Assembly (NCBI GenBank): GCA_041592975.1
Contig: JBFHOZ010000002.1
Location: 1 to 33,176, forward strand
Direction of reading: 5' to 3'
DNA length: 33,176 nt
Source: Desulfuromonadales bacterium
GTDB lineage: Bacteria > Desulfobacterota > Desulfuromonadia > Desulfuromonadales > UBA2294
This document shows positions 1 through 9,698 of the stretch, piece by piece. Within the stretch, counting starts at the first letter, position 1. Every line of letters starts with the position of its first letter. Position numbers and translations under genes: made by a program. Under the pieces are notes generated by a model. It did not search any database. It had not been told where the DNA came from and worked only from the letters and a program-made list of their open reading frames with translations.

Positions 1-620
1 CCGATGTTGACAACCGTGAAGAGGATATCGCCCAGCTCATCACCGATCTCCCCGGCGTCGCCACCGGCAATCGCCTCCTTCAGTTCGTCCATCTCCTCTT
101 CGAGCTTCTGGATGACCTGTCGGTGATTTTCCCAGTCAAAGCCCGCGCCGGCAACCCGGTCGGAAATTTTCTGTGCCAGAAGCAACGCCGGCAGGTTTCC
201 GGGGATGTGGCCGAGCATCGACTTCGGCCGGCTTTTCTTCTCCGTCCGCTTGATCTCCTCCCATTGCCGGTCGAGCGCGGCGAGATCTCTTTCATTGCTG
301 CCGCCGAAAACATGCGGGTGCCGCCTGACGAGTTTCTCGCAGATCGATGCGGCAACGTCGTTGAAGTCGAAGGCACCGCTTTCGCGAAACAGTTCGGACA
401 GGAAAACGATCTGCAGCAACAGGTCGCCCAGCTCACCCCTGACTTCCAGGGGGGCGTCACTCTGCAACGCGGCGAGAACCTCGTAGGTCTCCTCCAGCAG
501 GTAGGGTTTCAGGGTGTCCGGAGTCTGTAGCCGGTCCCACGGGCATCCGTCGGGCGAACGCAAACGGGTCATGATTTCGAGCAGGCGCTCAACCGGGTCG
601 AGCGGGAGTTTTTTCGTCAT
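1..620 (-). CDS. mazG: Nucleoside triphosphate pyrophosphohydrolase MazG (N-terminal ~206 codons; the 3' end lies beyond the window start)
   Basis: Not in the ORF track because it is open at the window edge. The reverse complement starts at ATG (complement of 618-620) with a GAGGA SD 6 nt upstream. It reads MTKKLPLDPVERLLEIMTRLRSPDGCPWDRLQTPDTLKPYLLEETYEVLAAL...LGDLLLQIVFLSELF...RRHPHVFG...GFDWEN...ELGDILFTVVNI with no stop down to nt 1. These are typical duplicated MazG motifs. Track ORFs 80..460(-), 123..530(+) and 205..486(+) are off-frame shadows. Confidence 0.85.
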   Translation of the reverse strand, partial: MTKKLPLDPVERLLEIMTRLRSPDGCPWDRLQTPDTLKPYLLEETYEVLAALQSDAPLEVRGELGDLLLQIVFLSELFRESGAFDFNDVAASICEKLVRRHPHVFGGSNERDLAALDRQWEEIKRTEKKSRPKSMLGHIPGNLPALLLAQKISDRVAGAGFDWENHRQVIQKLEEEMDELKEAIAGGDAGEIGDELGDILFTVVNI

Positions 621-776
621 ATGGTATCCTCGTCATTCGGGACATCGCGTCCTCGCGACAACTCAGGAAAGAACAGGAATTTTAACGGTTTTCAAAGGAA
701 ATTTTAGCTTGCAAATTCACAATCTTTGGGCTAAAAAAGGTCTTCCGTCACAGCGGGCGGCATAAATGGATTTCGC

Positions 777-804
777 TTGACAAGCGAAGTCCAGTCTTTA
801 TACT
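777..804 (+). promoter_or_regulatory. Sigma70-type promoter for the yceD-rpmF-plsX-fab operon (TTGACA-16 nt-TATACT)
   Basis: TTGACA at 777-782 and TATACT at 799-804, 29 nt upstream of the yceD start, in the divergent mazG/yceD intergenic region. Consensus match by eye only. Confidence 0.5.
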
Positions 805-832
805 AGCCGACTTCGATTGCGTCAAGACCGGG

Positions 833-1399
833 TTGCACTTGTTAACAGTTCAATTTGATCAGATAAAGAGCAAGGGTCTGCTCCTCGAGGGCACGATTCC
901 TCCCGATCGTTTTCCGCAGCTTCAGGAGTTGGGCGAAAAGGGCGAACTGCTTTTCCCCGAACCGCTCTCTTACCGTCTGGATGTCAGCAGGATTGCCGAT
1001 ATCGCTGAAATTGACGGCCGTATCGAGGGTGTGGTGGAGCTGGCGTGTGGTCGCTGCCTCGAGCCTTACAGGATGCCGTTCTCGTCGCGATTCGCACTTG
1101 CCTTTACCAGGCAGCTGCCAGTATTTTCCGAAGAGGATGGTGTGGAGGTCGAACTCTCTGCCGATGAACTCGGTCTGATACTTTTTGCGGGGGATGAATT
1201 CTCCCTGGTCGAGCCCCTGCAGGAGCAGGTGCTCATGGCCTTGCCGATACAGCCGCTCTGCCGGAAATCCTGCAAAGGACTTTGCAGCCATTGCGGAGCC
1301 AATCTGAACGATGCTGACTGTTGTTGCGAAGAGCCGGTTTTCGATACCCGGTTCGCGGCGCTGAAAGGCTTCAAGGCCGGAATAGATAACAAGGATTGA
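833..1399 (+). CDS. yceD: YceD/DUF177 family protein (23S rRNA accumulation protein), TTG start
   Basis: 188-aa ORF immediately upstream of rpmF-plsX, the conserved position. It carries the DUF177 cysteine pairs CGRCLEPY ... CRKSCKGLCSHCGANLN. Confidence 0.85.
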   Translation: MHLLTVQFDQIKSKGLLLEGTIPPDRFPQLQELGEKGELLFPEPLSYRLDVSRIADIAEIDGRIEGVVELACGRCLEPYRMPFSSRFALAFTRQLPVFSEEDGVEVELSADELGLILFAGDEFSLVEPLQEQVLMALPIQPLCRKSCKGLCSHCGANLNDADCCCEEPVFDTRFAALKGFKAGIDNKD

Positions 1400-1441
1400 A
1401 TAATACGCCTCCTCGAGGCTGATACAAGGAGATAAATTCTC

Positions 1442-1621
1442 ATGGCAGTTCCTAAGAAGAAAACGTCCAAGTCAAAGCGCGACATGCGCCGCTCCCACGA
1501 TTCCCTGACACCTGCAGGGATGTCCACCTGTCCGCAGTGCAAGGAGCTCAAGCCGCCGCACCGCGCCTGCCCGAGCTGCGGCACCTACAAGGGAAAAGAA
1601 GTTCTCGGTAACGACGAGTAG
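1442..1621 (+). CDS. rpmF: 50S ribosomal protein L32
   Basis: Below the ORF-track length cutoff. ATG at 1442 is preceded by AAGGAG. The product is [59 protein letters not shown] (59 aa) with a TAG stop at 1619-1621. It has the classic L32 N-terminus and CxxC...CxxC zinc ribbon. Confidence 0.95.
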   Translation: MAVPKKKTSKSKRDMRRSHDSLTPAGMSTCPQCKELKPPHRACPSCGTYKGKEVLGNDE

Positions 1622-1630
1622 AACCAGGAC

Positions 1631-2647
1631 TTGCCGGTGAAACAACTCGCTACAGTAGCCGTCGACGCAATGGGGGGGGATCATGCTCCGGCCGTTGTCG
1701 TCGAGGGTGCCATTGCTGCCGCCAGGCGCTGGGGTATACCGATTATTCTTGTCGGAGACTCGCCTGTGGTGGAGGCCGAATTGTCCCGACACGACCGTAG
1801 CGGCCTCGATATCTCCGTCGTCCACGCCTCGGAAGTGGTCGGTATGCATGATTCGGCCTCCGACGCCGTGCGCAAGAAGAAGGACTCTTCCATCCGGGTC
1901 GCCTTTGAACTGGTCAGGGAGGGGCGGGCCCAGGCCGTCGTCAGCGCCGGAAACTCCGGTGCGACCATGGCCGCCGGGATGTTCGTTCTCAAGCGGATTC
2001 CCGGGATCGACCGACCCGGCCTGGCGACGATTTTCCCGAACCAGATCGATCGCACTCTCATCCTCGATGTCGGCGGGAACGTCGACTGCAAGCCGCTTCA
2101 CCTCGAGCAGTTCGCCCTGATGGGAGATGTCTACGCCCGGCAGCTGATGGGCAAGGAATCTCCCCGGGTCGGTATCCTTTCGAACGGAGAAGAGGAGGGG
2201 AAGGGGAACGATCTTACCCGTGGCGCCCATCGGGCGCTGGCTTCCGCGCCATTTAATTATGTCGGATACGTCGAGGGTCGTGATATATTCAACGGAAGTG
2301 TGGACGTCGTCGTCTGCGACGGATTTGTCGGCAACGTTCTCCTCAAGGTGTCCGAAGGGCTCGCCGACACGATCGGCAAGATGCTGAAAGCGGAGATCAA
2401 AAAAAGTTTTCTCGCCAAGATCGGCTACCTGCTGTCAAAAGGCGCTTTCGACAGGTTCCGGAAGCGGATCGACTATTCCGAGTACGGCGGGGCGCCGTTG
2501 CTCGGAATTCAGGGAACCGGCATGATCTGCCACGGCGGCTCGAACCCCAAGGCGATCATGAATGCCATCCGCATGGCAGACGAGGCGGTGCAGCAGGGCG
2601 TCAGTGAAAAGCTGGCTGCCATTCTGTGCGCGGCCGAAGGTTCTTAG
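1631..2647 (+). CDS. plsX: Phosphate acyltransferase PlsX (TTG start)
   Basis: 338 aa with the [12 protein letters not shown] motif. It sits in the rpmF-plsX-fabH context. Confidence 0.95.
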   Translation: MPVKQLATVAVDAMGGDHAPAVVVEGAIAAARRWGIPIILVGDSPVVEAELSRHDRSGLDISVVHASEVVGMHDSASDAVRKKKDSSIRVAFELVREGRAQAVVSAGNSGATMAAGMFVLKRIPGIDRPGLATIFPNQIDRTLILDVGGNVDCKPLHLEQFALMGDVYARQLMGKESPRVGILSNGEEEGKGNDLTRGAHRALASAPFNYVGYVEGRDIFNGSVDVVVCDGFVGNVLLKVSEGLADTIGKMLKAEIKKSFLAKIGYLLSKGAFDRFRKRIDYSEYGGAPLLGIQGTGMICHGGSNPKAIMNAIRMADEAVQQGVSEKLAAILCAAEGS

Positions 2648-2664
2648 CAGACAGGAGAGTTGTT

Positions 2665-3645
2665 TTGAAAAGAGCACGTATCATCGGAACCGGTTCGTAC
2701 GTCCCGGAAAGGGTCATGACCAATCACGATTTCGAGAAGTACCTCGATACCAGTGATGAATGGATCGTCGCCCGGACCGGCATCCGTGAACGCCATATCG
2801 CCGCCGACGGCGAATTCACCTCGGACATGGCCGTAAACGCCGCCAAAAAGGCGCTTGAAATGGCCAATGTCTCCGCCGCCGACCTCGACCTGATCGTTGT
2901 CGGCACGATTACCGGCGACTACCCCTGGCCGGCGACGGCCTGTATCGTCCAGAACAAGCTCGGCGCCGGGCAGTGCGGCGCCTACGACCTTTCCGCCGCC
3001 TGCAGCGGATTCATCTATGCCCTCAACAACGCCGTCGCCCAGATCGAGACCGGAACCATCAGGCGCGCGCTGGTGATCGGTGCGGAAACCCTTTCGCGCA
3101 TCGTCGACTACCAGGACCGCAACACCTGCCTGCTCTTCGGTGACGGTGCCGGTGCCGTCGTCCTGGAAGGGGTCGAGGGGGACCGTGGGGTCCTGTCGAC
3201 CCATCTGCACGCCGACGGTTCCTATCTCGAGCTGCTCTATCAGCCCGGTTTCGGCACCGCCATGACGCCGACCGAGGCGATCGTTCGCGATCGCGGCTAT
3301 TTCCTGAAAATGCAGGGGAACGAAGTCTTCAAGGTCGCGGTCAAGATGCTCGCCGAGGTCGCGCAGGAGGCGCTTGACGCCAACGGCCTGTCGGTTGACG
3401 ATGTCGACCTGCTGATTCCCCATCAGGCCAACATCAGGATCCTTGAGGCGACCGCCAAGCGGATGAAGCTTCCCGACGAGAAGGTCTATATCAACGTCGA
3501 CCGTTTCGGCAATACCTCCGCGGCGACCATCCCGATTGCCCTGGACGAGGCGAACAGGGGTGGTCGGCTCAACGAGAACGATATCATCGTCCTGAATGCC
3601 TTCGGTGGCGGTTTCACCTGGGCATCGGCTTGCCTGCGCTGGTAA
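2665..3645 (+). CDS. fabH: 3-oxoacyl-ACP synthase III (KAS III)
   Basis: The track ORF starts at 2626, but TTG at 2665 follows AGGAGAG (2653-2659) and gives LKRARIIGTGSYVPERVMTN, the canonical FabH N-terminus. The active-site Cys context AACSGFIYAL is present. Confidence 0.92.
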   Translation: MKRARIIGTGSYVPERVMTNHDFEKYLDTSDEWIVARTGIRERHIAADGEFTSDMAVNAAKKALEMANVSAADLDLIVVGTITGDYPWPATACIVQNKLGAGQCGAYDLSAACSGFIYALNNAVAQIETGTIRRALVIGAETLSRIVDYQDRNTCLLFGDGAGAVVLEGVEGDRGVLSTHLHADGSYLELLYQPGFGTAMTPTEAIVRDRGYFLKMQGNEVFKVAVKMLAEVAQEALDANGLSVDDVDLLIPHQANIRILEATAKRMKLPDEKVYINVDRFGNTSAATIPIALDEANRGGRLNENDIIVLNAFGGGFTWASACLRW

Positions 3646-3658
3646 GGAGTTGCAAAAG

Positions 3659-4582
3659 ATGATCGCTTTCGTATTTCCCGGACAGGGTTCGCAGCATGCC
3701 GGCATGGGCAAGGAACTGTGCGACAACTTCACGTCGGCCAGGGAGGTGTTCGAGGAGGCCAACGACGCCCTCGGTTTCGACCTGGCGGCGCTCTGCTTCG
3801 ACGGTCCCGACGAGGACCTGAAGCTGACGACCAATACCCAGCCGGCGATCCTGACGACGAGCATTGCCGCTCTCAGGGTCGTCGAGCAGGAGACCGGCCT
3901 GAAGCCAGACTTCGCCGCCGGCCATTCCCTCGGCGAGTATTCGGCCCTGGTCTGTGCCGGCGCCATGCAGTTCGCGGACGCTGTCCGGACGGTCCGTCAG
4001 CGCGGCGCCTTCATGCAGGAAGCCGTGCCGGTCGGCGTCGGCTCCATGGCCGCGATCATCGGCCTGGAAGCCGACCTTCTTGAAGCTGTCTGCTCCGAAG
4101 CCGCTGCTGGCGAGGTCGTCTCCCCGGCCAACTTCAACAGCCCGGGCCAGGTTGTCATTGCCGGTCACGCATCCGCGGTCGACCGCGCCATCGAACTGGC
4201 CAAACAGAAGGGGGCCAAGCGCGCCCTGCCGCTGCCGGTCAGCGCGCCGTTCCATTGTTCGCTGATGGAACCCGCCGGCGTCAGGCTCGCCGACGTGCTG
4301 GGCGACGTTGCCGTCGCCCCGTTCCGGGTGCCGGTCGTCACCAACGTCGAGGCGCTGCCGAACAGCGACCCGGCGCGGGTCAAGGAGCTGCTGGTCGCCC
4401 AGGTGAGCGCCCCGGTCCGCTGGGACGCATCGGTCGCCAGGATGGTCGCCGACGGCGTGCACCGTTTTGTCGAGATCGGCCCGGGCAAGGTGCTCTCCGG
4501 TCTGGTCAAGCGTATCGAGAAGTCGGTCGAGGCCGTCAATGTTGAAGATTGCGCTTCTCTCGATAAACTGTCAAATTGTTGA
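3659..4582 (+). CDS. fabD: Malonyl-CoA:ACP transacylase
   Basis: ATG at 3659 (codon 22 of track ORF 3596..4582) follows AAGGAG. The product begins MIAFVFPGQGSQHAGMG and contains GHSLGEYSALV. Confidence 0.95.
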   Translation: MIAFVFPGQGSQHAGMGKELCDNFTSAREVFEEANDALGFDLAALCFDGPDEDLKLTTNTQPAILTTSIAALRVVEQETGLKPDFAAGHSLGEYSALVCAGAMQFADAVRTVRQRGAFMQEAVPVGVGSMAAIIGLEADLLEAVCSEAAAGEVVSPANFNSPGQVVIAGHASAVDRAIELAKQKGAKRALPLPVSAPFHCSLMEPAGVRLADVLGDVAVAPFRVPVVTNVEALPNSDPARVKELLVAQVSAPVRWDASVARMVADGVHRFVEIGPGKVLSGLVKRIEKSVEAVNVEDCASLDKLSNC

Positions 4583-4597
4583 TTGCTTGAGGTGAGT

Positions 4598-5335
4598 ATG
4601 CTGAATGATCAGGTGGCAGTCGTAACCGGGGCGTCGCGCGGTATCGGTCGGTGCATTGCATTGAGCCTGTCGCGGAGCGGTGCCAGGCTTGTCGTCTCGG
4701 CGCGCAACGAGAAGGCCCTGGCCGAACTGGTCGAGGAAATCAGGTCCGGTGGCGGCGAGGCCGTCGCTGTCGCCGCCGACGTCGCCAGCGGCGACGACGC
4801 GGACAGACTGGTCGCGACAGCGACCGAGGCTTACGGGCGTCTCGACATCCTGGTGAACAACGCCGGCATTACCCGGGACGGTCTTTTGCTGCGCATGAAG
4901 GATGAGGACTGGGATGCCGTTCTCGAAACCAACCTCAAGGGGGCATTTCTCTGCACCCGGGCGGCGGCCAGGGTGATGTCCAAGCAGCGCTACGGCCGGA
5001 TCATCAACATCTCGTCGGTCGTCGGCGAAATGGGCAACCCGGGGCAGGCCAACTACTGCGCCAGCAAGGCCGGCCTGATCGGCCTGACCAAGTCGAATGC
5101 GCTCGAACTGGCGCGCCGGAACGTCACGGTGAATGCGATCACGCCCGGGTTCATCGTCACCGACATGACCGAAGAATTGAACGACAAGACCAAGGAAGAG
5201 TTGACGTCCAGGATCCCCCTGGGAAGACTGGGGGAGGCGGAAGATGTCGCGCAGGCAGTTCTGTTCCTGGCATCGGCGGGGGCAGGGTATATTACCGGCC
5301 AGTCCCTCGGTGTCAACGGCGGAATGTATATGTAG
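4598..5335 (+). CDS. fabG: 3-oxoacyl-ACP reductase
   Basis: ATG at 4598 follows GAGGTGAG. SDR motifs VTGASRGIGR, NNAGIT and YCASKAG are present. The track start at 4583 (TTG) directly abuts the fabD stop and is less likely. Confidence 0.92.
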   Translation: MLNDQVAVVTGASRGIGRCIALSLSRSGARLVVSARNEKALAELVEEIRSGGGEAVAVAADVASGDDADRLVATATEAYGRLDILVNNAGITRDGLLLRMKDEDWDAVLETNLKGAFLCTRAAARVMSKQRYGRIINISSVVGEMGNPGQANYCASKAGLIGLTKSNALELARRNVTVNAITPGFIVTDMTEELNDKTKEELTSRIPLGRLGEAEDVAQAVLFLASAGAGYITGQSLGVNGGMYM

Positions 5336-5374
5336 GATTAAATAGCTGCAGACCACACGTACAAGGAGGAAAAA

Positions 5375-5605
5375 ATGTCAATTGAAGAAAAAGTCAAGCA
5401 GATCGTTGTAGAGCAACTTGGTGTAGACGAAGATCAGGTAACCGAAGATGCCGCCTTCATGGATGATCTCGGTGCCGACTCCCTTGACACCGTCGAACTG
5501 GTTATGGCCCTCGAGGAGGAATTCGACATCGAAATTTCCGACGAGGACGCCGAGAAGATCCAGACTGTCAAGGATGCTGTCAACTACATCAAGGACAACT
5601 CCTGA
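5375..5605 (+). CDS. acpP: Acyl carrier protein
   Basis: 76 aa with the [19 protein letters not shown] phosphopantetheine-attachment motif. Confidence 0.97.
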   Translation: MSIEEKVKQIVVEQLGVDEDQVTEDAAFMDDLGADSLDTVELVMALEEEFDIEISDEDAEKIQTVKDAVNYIKDNS

Positions 5606-5613
5606 TAGATCAA

Positions 5614-5639
5614 GGGGAGGAGAGTTTTTTCTCCTCCCC
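5614..5639 (+). promoter_or_regulatory. Perfect 10-bp GC-rich hairpin just after acpP (possible partial terminator or mRNA processing/stability element)
   Basis: GGGGAGGAGA (5614-5623), a 6-nt loop, then TCTCCTCCCC (5630-5639). There is no U-tract downstream, so it is not a canonical intrinsic terminator. Confidence 0.45.
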
Positions 5640-5707
5640 TGCTCATCAGCCGGACCGGGGTCATTGCCGGTTCGTGGTCCGGGTTCTCGTGGAGGTAAAT
5701 TGTCGTA

Positions 5708-6940
5708 ATGCGTAGAGTCGTCGTTACAGGTGTTGGCGCCGTGTCGCCGCTTGGCACAGGCACGGAGAAGAACTGGGATGCCCTGATGAAGGGGCAGTCG
5801 GGCATCGCTCCGATCACCCGCTACGATGCGAGCGGGCTGCCGACGCAGATTGCTGCCGAGGTCAAGGACTTCAACGCCGATGATTTCATCGATAAAAAAG
5901 AACAGAAGAAGATGGACCTCTTCATCCAGTATGCATTGGCCGCTTCCGAAATGGCGATGCAGGACTCCGGCTTCGAGGTCACCGAGGAGAACGCCGAACG
6001 CGTCGGTGTCCTCGTCGGCTCCGGACTCGGCGGGCTGCCGACCATGGAGCATTACCACAACGTCATGCAGGAGAAGGGATACAAGCGGATCACGCCGTTC
6101 TTCATTCCGATGCTGATCATCAACCTGGCGCCGGGGCAGATCTCGATCCGTTTCGGTGCCAAGGGGCCCAACCTCTCTTCCGTATCGGCCTGTGCGACCG
6201 GAACCAATTCGATCGGCGACGCCTATCACATGATCGCCCGCGGCGACGCCGATGTCATGATTGCCGGCGGCACCGAATCGACGATCACCCCCCTGGCGAT
6301 GTCCGGTTTCAACGTCATGAAGGCGCTGTCGACCCGCAATGACGACCCGGCCGGCGCCAGCCGACCGTTCGACAAGGGGCGCGACGGCTTCGTCATGGGC
6401 GAAGGCGCCGGTATCGTTATCCTCGAGGAGATGGAGTCCGCCAAGAAGCGCGGCGCCAAGATCTACGCCGAGGTCGGCGGCTACGGACTGACGTCCGACG
6501 CCTATCACCTGACCGCACCGGCACCGGAAGGCGAGGGCGCGGCCCGCTGCATGAAGATGGCGCTGCGGACCGCCGGCGTCAATCCGGAGCAGGTCGGCTA
6601 CATCAATGCCCACGGCACCTCGACGCCGTACAACGACATGTACGAAACCATGGCGATCAAGTCGGTCTTCGGCGATCACGCCTACAAACTCAAGGTCAGC
6701 TCGACCAAGAGCATGACCGGGCACGGGCTGGGCGCCGCCGGCGGCATCGAGGCCGTCTATACGCTTCTGGCGATGGATCGCGGCGTGCTGCCGCCGACCA
6801 TCAACTACCAGGATCCGGATCCCGACTGCGATCTCGATTACGTTCCGAACAACCCGGTTGATGCCGATGTCGATGTCGCCATTTCCAACTCTCTCGGCTT
6901 TGGCGGGACCAACGCGACGATTCTTTTCCGGAAGGTCTGA
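5708..6940 (+). CDS. fabF: 3-oxoacyl-ACP synthase II (KAS II)
   Basis: 410 aa with the [13 protein letters not shown] active-site Cys, HGTSTPYND and GHGLGAAG. It follows acpP. Confidence 0.95.
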   Translation: MRRVVVTGVGAVSPLGTGTEKNWDALMKGQSGIAPITRYDASGLPTQIAAEVKDFNADDFIDKKEQKKMDLFIQYALAASEMAMQDSGFEVTEENAERVGVLVGSGLGGLPTMEHYHNVMQEKGYKRITPFFIPMLIINLAPGQISIRFGAKGPNLSSVSACATGTNSIGDAYHMIARGDADVMIAGGTESTITPLAMSGFNVMKALSTRNDDPAGASRPFDKGRDGFVMGEGAGIVILEEMESAKKRGAKIYAEVGGYGLTSDAYHLTAPAPEGEGAARCMKMALRTAGVNPEQVGYINAHGTSTPYNDMYETMAIKSVFGDHAYKLKVSSTKSMTGHGLGAAGGIEAVYTLLAMDRGVLPPTINYQDPDPDCDLDYVPNNPVDADVDVAISNSLGFGGTNATILFRKV

Positions 6941-6941
6941 C

Positions 6942-7406
6942 GTGGAGGGGAAATTCGTTATTGCCAGCGATCACGGCGGCCTCGAACTCAAGGAGGCGAT
7001 TGCCGGTTACCTCAGGGAGGTCGGGGTCGACATCGACGACCTCGGCACGATGAGCGACGACTCGGTCGACTACCCCGATTTCGGCATCAAGGTCGCTCGG
7101 GCCGTATCGACCGGCGAGGCGGACAAGGGGGTGCTGATCTGCGGTACCGGTATCGGCATGTCGATCGTCGCCAACAAGTTCCCGGGCATTCGCGCGGCGC
7201 TGATTACCGACGAGTTCACCGCCAGGATGTCCAAGGAACACAACAACGCCAACATCATCGTCATGGGCGGACGGGTCCTGTCCCCCGAGCAGGCGCGCAA
7301 GATGGTGCAGGTCTGGCTCGAGACCGCTTATGAGGGAGGACGCCACCAGCGGCGGCTCGACAAGATCGCCAACCTTGAAGACGATATCCGCTCAGGCGGA
7401 GTGTAG
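6942..7406 (+). CDS. rpiB: Ribose-5-phosphate isomerase B
   Basis: GTG at 6942 (codon 29 of track ORF 6858..7406), 1 nt after the fabF stop, gives VEGKFVIASDHGGLELKE... and GVLICGTGIGMSIVANK. The 154-aa length is typical of RpiB/LacAB. Confidence 0.87.
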   Translation: MEGKFVIASDHGGLELKEAIAGYLREVGVDIDDLGTMSDDSVDYPDFGIKVARAVSTGEADKGVLICGTGIGMSIVANKFPGIRAALITDEFTARMSKEHNNANIIVMGGRVLSPEQARKMVQVWLETAYEGGRHQRRLDKIANLEDDIRSGGV

Positions 7407-7418
7407 ATATCAACATTG

Positions 7419-7447
7419 AAGGCAGGCCTGGTTCCTGCCTTTTATTT
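7419..7447 (+). terminator. Intrinsic terminator ending the fab-rpiB unit
   Basis: AAGGCAGG (7419-7426), a 7-nt loop, CCTGCCTT (7434-7441), then a T-rich TTATTT tail. Confidence 0.7.
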
Positions 7448-7477
7448 ACGTAAAGACACTGTGGAGGTCGTTCAGCC

Positions 7478-8728
7478 ATGTCTCAGTCTCTCGCCGGGTT
7501 CGATCCGGAAATCGCCAAAACCATCATCGCGGAAACCGAGCGCCAGGAGTACAGCCTCGAATTTATCGCCTCGGAAAATTTTGTCAGTGAGAACGTGCTC
7601 GAGGCCCAGGGGTCGGTACTGACGAACAAATATGCCGAGGGTTATCCTTCGAAGCGCTATTATGGCGGCTGCGAGTTCGTCGATGTTGCCGAACAGCTGG
7701 CGATCGATCGGGCCAAGGAGCTTTTCGGAGCCGAGCACGTCAACGTGCAGGCGCATTCCGGATCGCAGGCCAACATGGCTGTCTATTTCGCGACCTGCCA
7801 GCCGGGCGACACGGTGCTCGGCATGAACCTGGCGCACGGCGGCCACCTGACGCACGGCTCGCCGGTGAATTTCTCCGGCAAGCTTTTCAATATCGTCCCG
7901 TACGGCGTTGACAGGGAGACCGGGCGCATCGACTACGAGGAGGTCGAACGCCTCGCCGAGGAGCACAAGCCGAAACTGATCGTCGTCGGCGCCAGTGCCT
8001 ATCCGCGGGCCATCGAGTTCGAGCCGTTCCGACGCGTCGCCGACAAGGTCGGCGCCATGGTTATGGTCGACATGGCGCACATCGCCGGGCTGGTTGCGGC
8101 CGGTGTTCATCCGAGTCCGGTCCCTCACGCCGAATTCGTCACCACGACGACCCACAAGACCCTGCGTGGCCCGCGCGGCGGCATGATCCTGTGCCGCGAG
8201 GAACACGCCAAGAAGCTGAACAGCAACATCTTCCCCGGCATCCAGGGAGGCCCCCTGATGCACGTCGTCGCGGCCAAGGCGGTGGCCCTGAAGGAGGCGC
8301 TGTCGCCGGAGTTCAGGGACTACGCGGCCCAGGTGGTCAAGAATGCCAGGGCCCTGGCCGAGGGGCTCGTCGGCCACGGCTTCAAGCTGGTCTCCGGCGG
8401 CACCGACAACCACCTGATGCTGCTTGACTTTACCGGCTCCGAACTGACCGGCAAGGTAGCCGAGGAGACCCTCGAGAAGGCCGGCATCACCGTCAACAAG
8501 AACGCCGTTCCGTTCGATACCCGTTCCCCCTTCGTGACCAGCGGTATCCGCATCGGGACCCCGGCGACCACGACCCGCGGCCTGAAGGAGGGGGAGATGA
8601 AACAGGTCGCCGACTGGATCGCCCGGGCGCTGGAAAACATTGACAACGAACCCGAACTGCTGGTAATCAGGAGTGAAGTCAAGGAGTTGTGCAAGCGGTT
8701 TCCACTTTATGCGCATCGGTTGAAGTAG
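7478..8728 (+). CDS. glyA: Serine hydroxymethyltransferase
   Basis: 416 aa with [11 protein letters not shown] and the [17 protein letters not shown]-lysine motif. A GGAGG SD lies upstream. Confidence 0.97.
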   Translation: MSQSLAGFDPEIAKTIIAETERQEYSLEFIASENFVSENVLEAQGSVLTNKYAEGYPSKRYYGGCEFVDVAEQLAIDRAKELFGAEHVNVQAHSGSQANMAVYFATCQPGDTVLGMNLAHGGHLTHGSPVNFSGKLFNIVPYGVDRETGRIDYEEVERLAEEHKPKLIVVGASAYPRAIEFEPFRRVADKVGAMVMVDMAHIAGLVAAGVHPSPVPHAEFVTTTTHKTLRGPRGGMILCREEHAKKLNSNIFPGIQGGPLMHVVAAKAVALKEALSPEFRDYAAQVVKNARALAEGLVGHGFKLVSGGTDNHLMLLDFTGSELTGKVAEETLEKAGITVNKNAVPFDTRSPFVTSGIRIGTPATTTRGLKEGEMKQVADWIARALENIDNEPELLVIRSEVKELCKRFPLYAHRLK

Positions 8729-9199
8729 ATGGAACGTCCCAGCTGGGAAGAGTATTTCATGGATATCGCCAGGCTGGTGTCCAGGCGGTCGACCTGCCTG
8801 CGTCGCCAGGTCGGCGCGGTCATCGTCAAGGACAAGAACATCCTGGCGACCGGCTACAACGGCACGCCGAGCGGCATCACCCATTGCTCGGAAACCGGCT
8901 GCCTCCGGGAACAGCTGAAGATCCCTTCCGGTGAGCGGCACGAGCTCTGCCGGGGGTTGCACGCCGAGCAGAACGTCATCGTCCAGGCGGCCAAGCACGG
9001 TATCAATATCGATGGCGCGACGCTGTACTGCACCAATTCCCCCTGTATCATCTGCTCGAAGATGATCATCAACGCCGGCATCAAGAGAATTGTCTACCTG
9101 GATGGCTATCCGGACATTCTCTCCAAGGACATCCTGGCCGAGTCCGGCATCGAATTCCGTACCTGCAATATCCCGGTGCAAACAAGCGAGGAAGACTGA
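8729..9199 (+). CDS. dCMP (CMP/dCMP-type) zinc deaminase
   Basis: 156 aa with HAEQNVI and [19 protein letters not shown] zinc-ligand motifs. The start directly abuts the glyA stop. Confidence 0.85.
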   Translation: MERPSWEEYFMDIARLVSRRSTCLRRQVGAVIVKDKNILATGYNGTPSGITHCSETGCLREQLKIPSGERHELCRGLHAEQNVIVQAAKHGINIDGATLYCTNSPCIICSKMIINAGIKRIVYLDGYPDILSKDILAESGIEFRTCNIPVQTSEED

Positions 9200-9669
9200 T
9201 GAAGTGCCCTTTCTGCGGATTCGCTGATACCAAGGTCGTCGACTCCCGCATGGGGCGAGAAGGGAACAACATCCGTCGCCGTCGCGAGTGTACCGACTGC
9301 GAGCGGCGTTTCACGACCTACGAACGGGTCGAGGAATCCCTGCCGATGATCGTCAAGAAGGATGGCCGCCGCGAGAGCTTCGACAGGAACAAGATCATCG
9401 CCGGCATGCGACGCGCCTGCGAAAAGCGGCCGGTGGCCATCGCCGCGATAGAGAAGTTCGTCGACTCCCTCGAGCAGTCACTGCAGGAGAGCGGGGAAAA
9501 GGAGATGGATGCCAGTCGGATCGGCAGTGCCGTGATGGAAGCGCTGCACGAGATGGATCAGGTTGCCTATGTCCGTTTTGCCTCTGTCTACCGACAGTTC
9601 AAGGATATCAACGAGTTCATGTCCGAGCTGACCGATATTCTCGCCCGCAGCGGAGAGAAGGGCTCCTGA
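9199..9669 (+). CDS. nrdR: Transcriptional repressor NrdR
   Basis: [17 protein letters not shown]...[16 protein letters not shown] zinc ribbon followed by an ATP-cone. It overlaps the upstream stop by 1 nt (TGATG). Confidence 0.95.
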   Translation: MKCPFCGFADTKVVDSRMGREGNNIRRRRECTDCERRFTTYERVEESLPMIVKKDGRRESFDRNKIIAGMRRACEKRPVAIAAIEKFVDSLEQSLQESGEKEMDASRIGSAVMEALHEMDQVAYVRFASVYRQFKDINEFMSELTDILARSGEKGS

Positions 9670-9698
9670 CCCCGATCGCACATCGTCCGCGTAACACC

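Noticed and set aside
7472-9181. 569-aa minus-strand ORF antisense to glyA and the dCMP deaminase gene.
   Set aside because: It is a shadow frame of a GC3-rich genome. The product is dominated by R/G/D/P/H/L and has no recognisable motif. The sense strand encodes unmistakable SHMT and deaminase proteins.
9670-9698. Possible FMN (RFN) riboswitch ahead of ribD. The same question applies at 11441-11469 ahead of ribBA.
   Set aside because: The spacers are only 29 nt, and an RFN element needs well over 100 nt.
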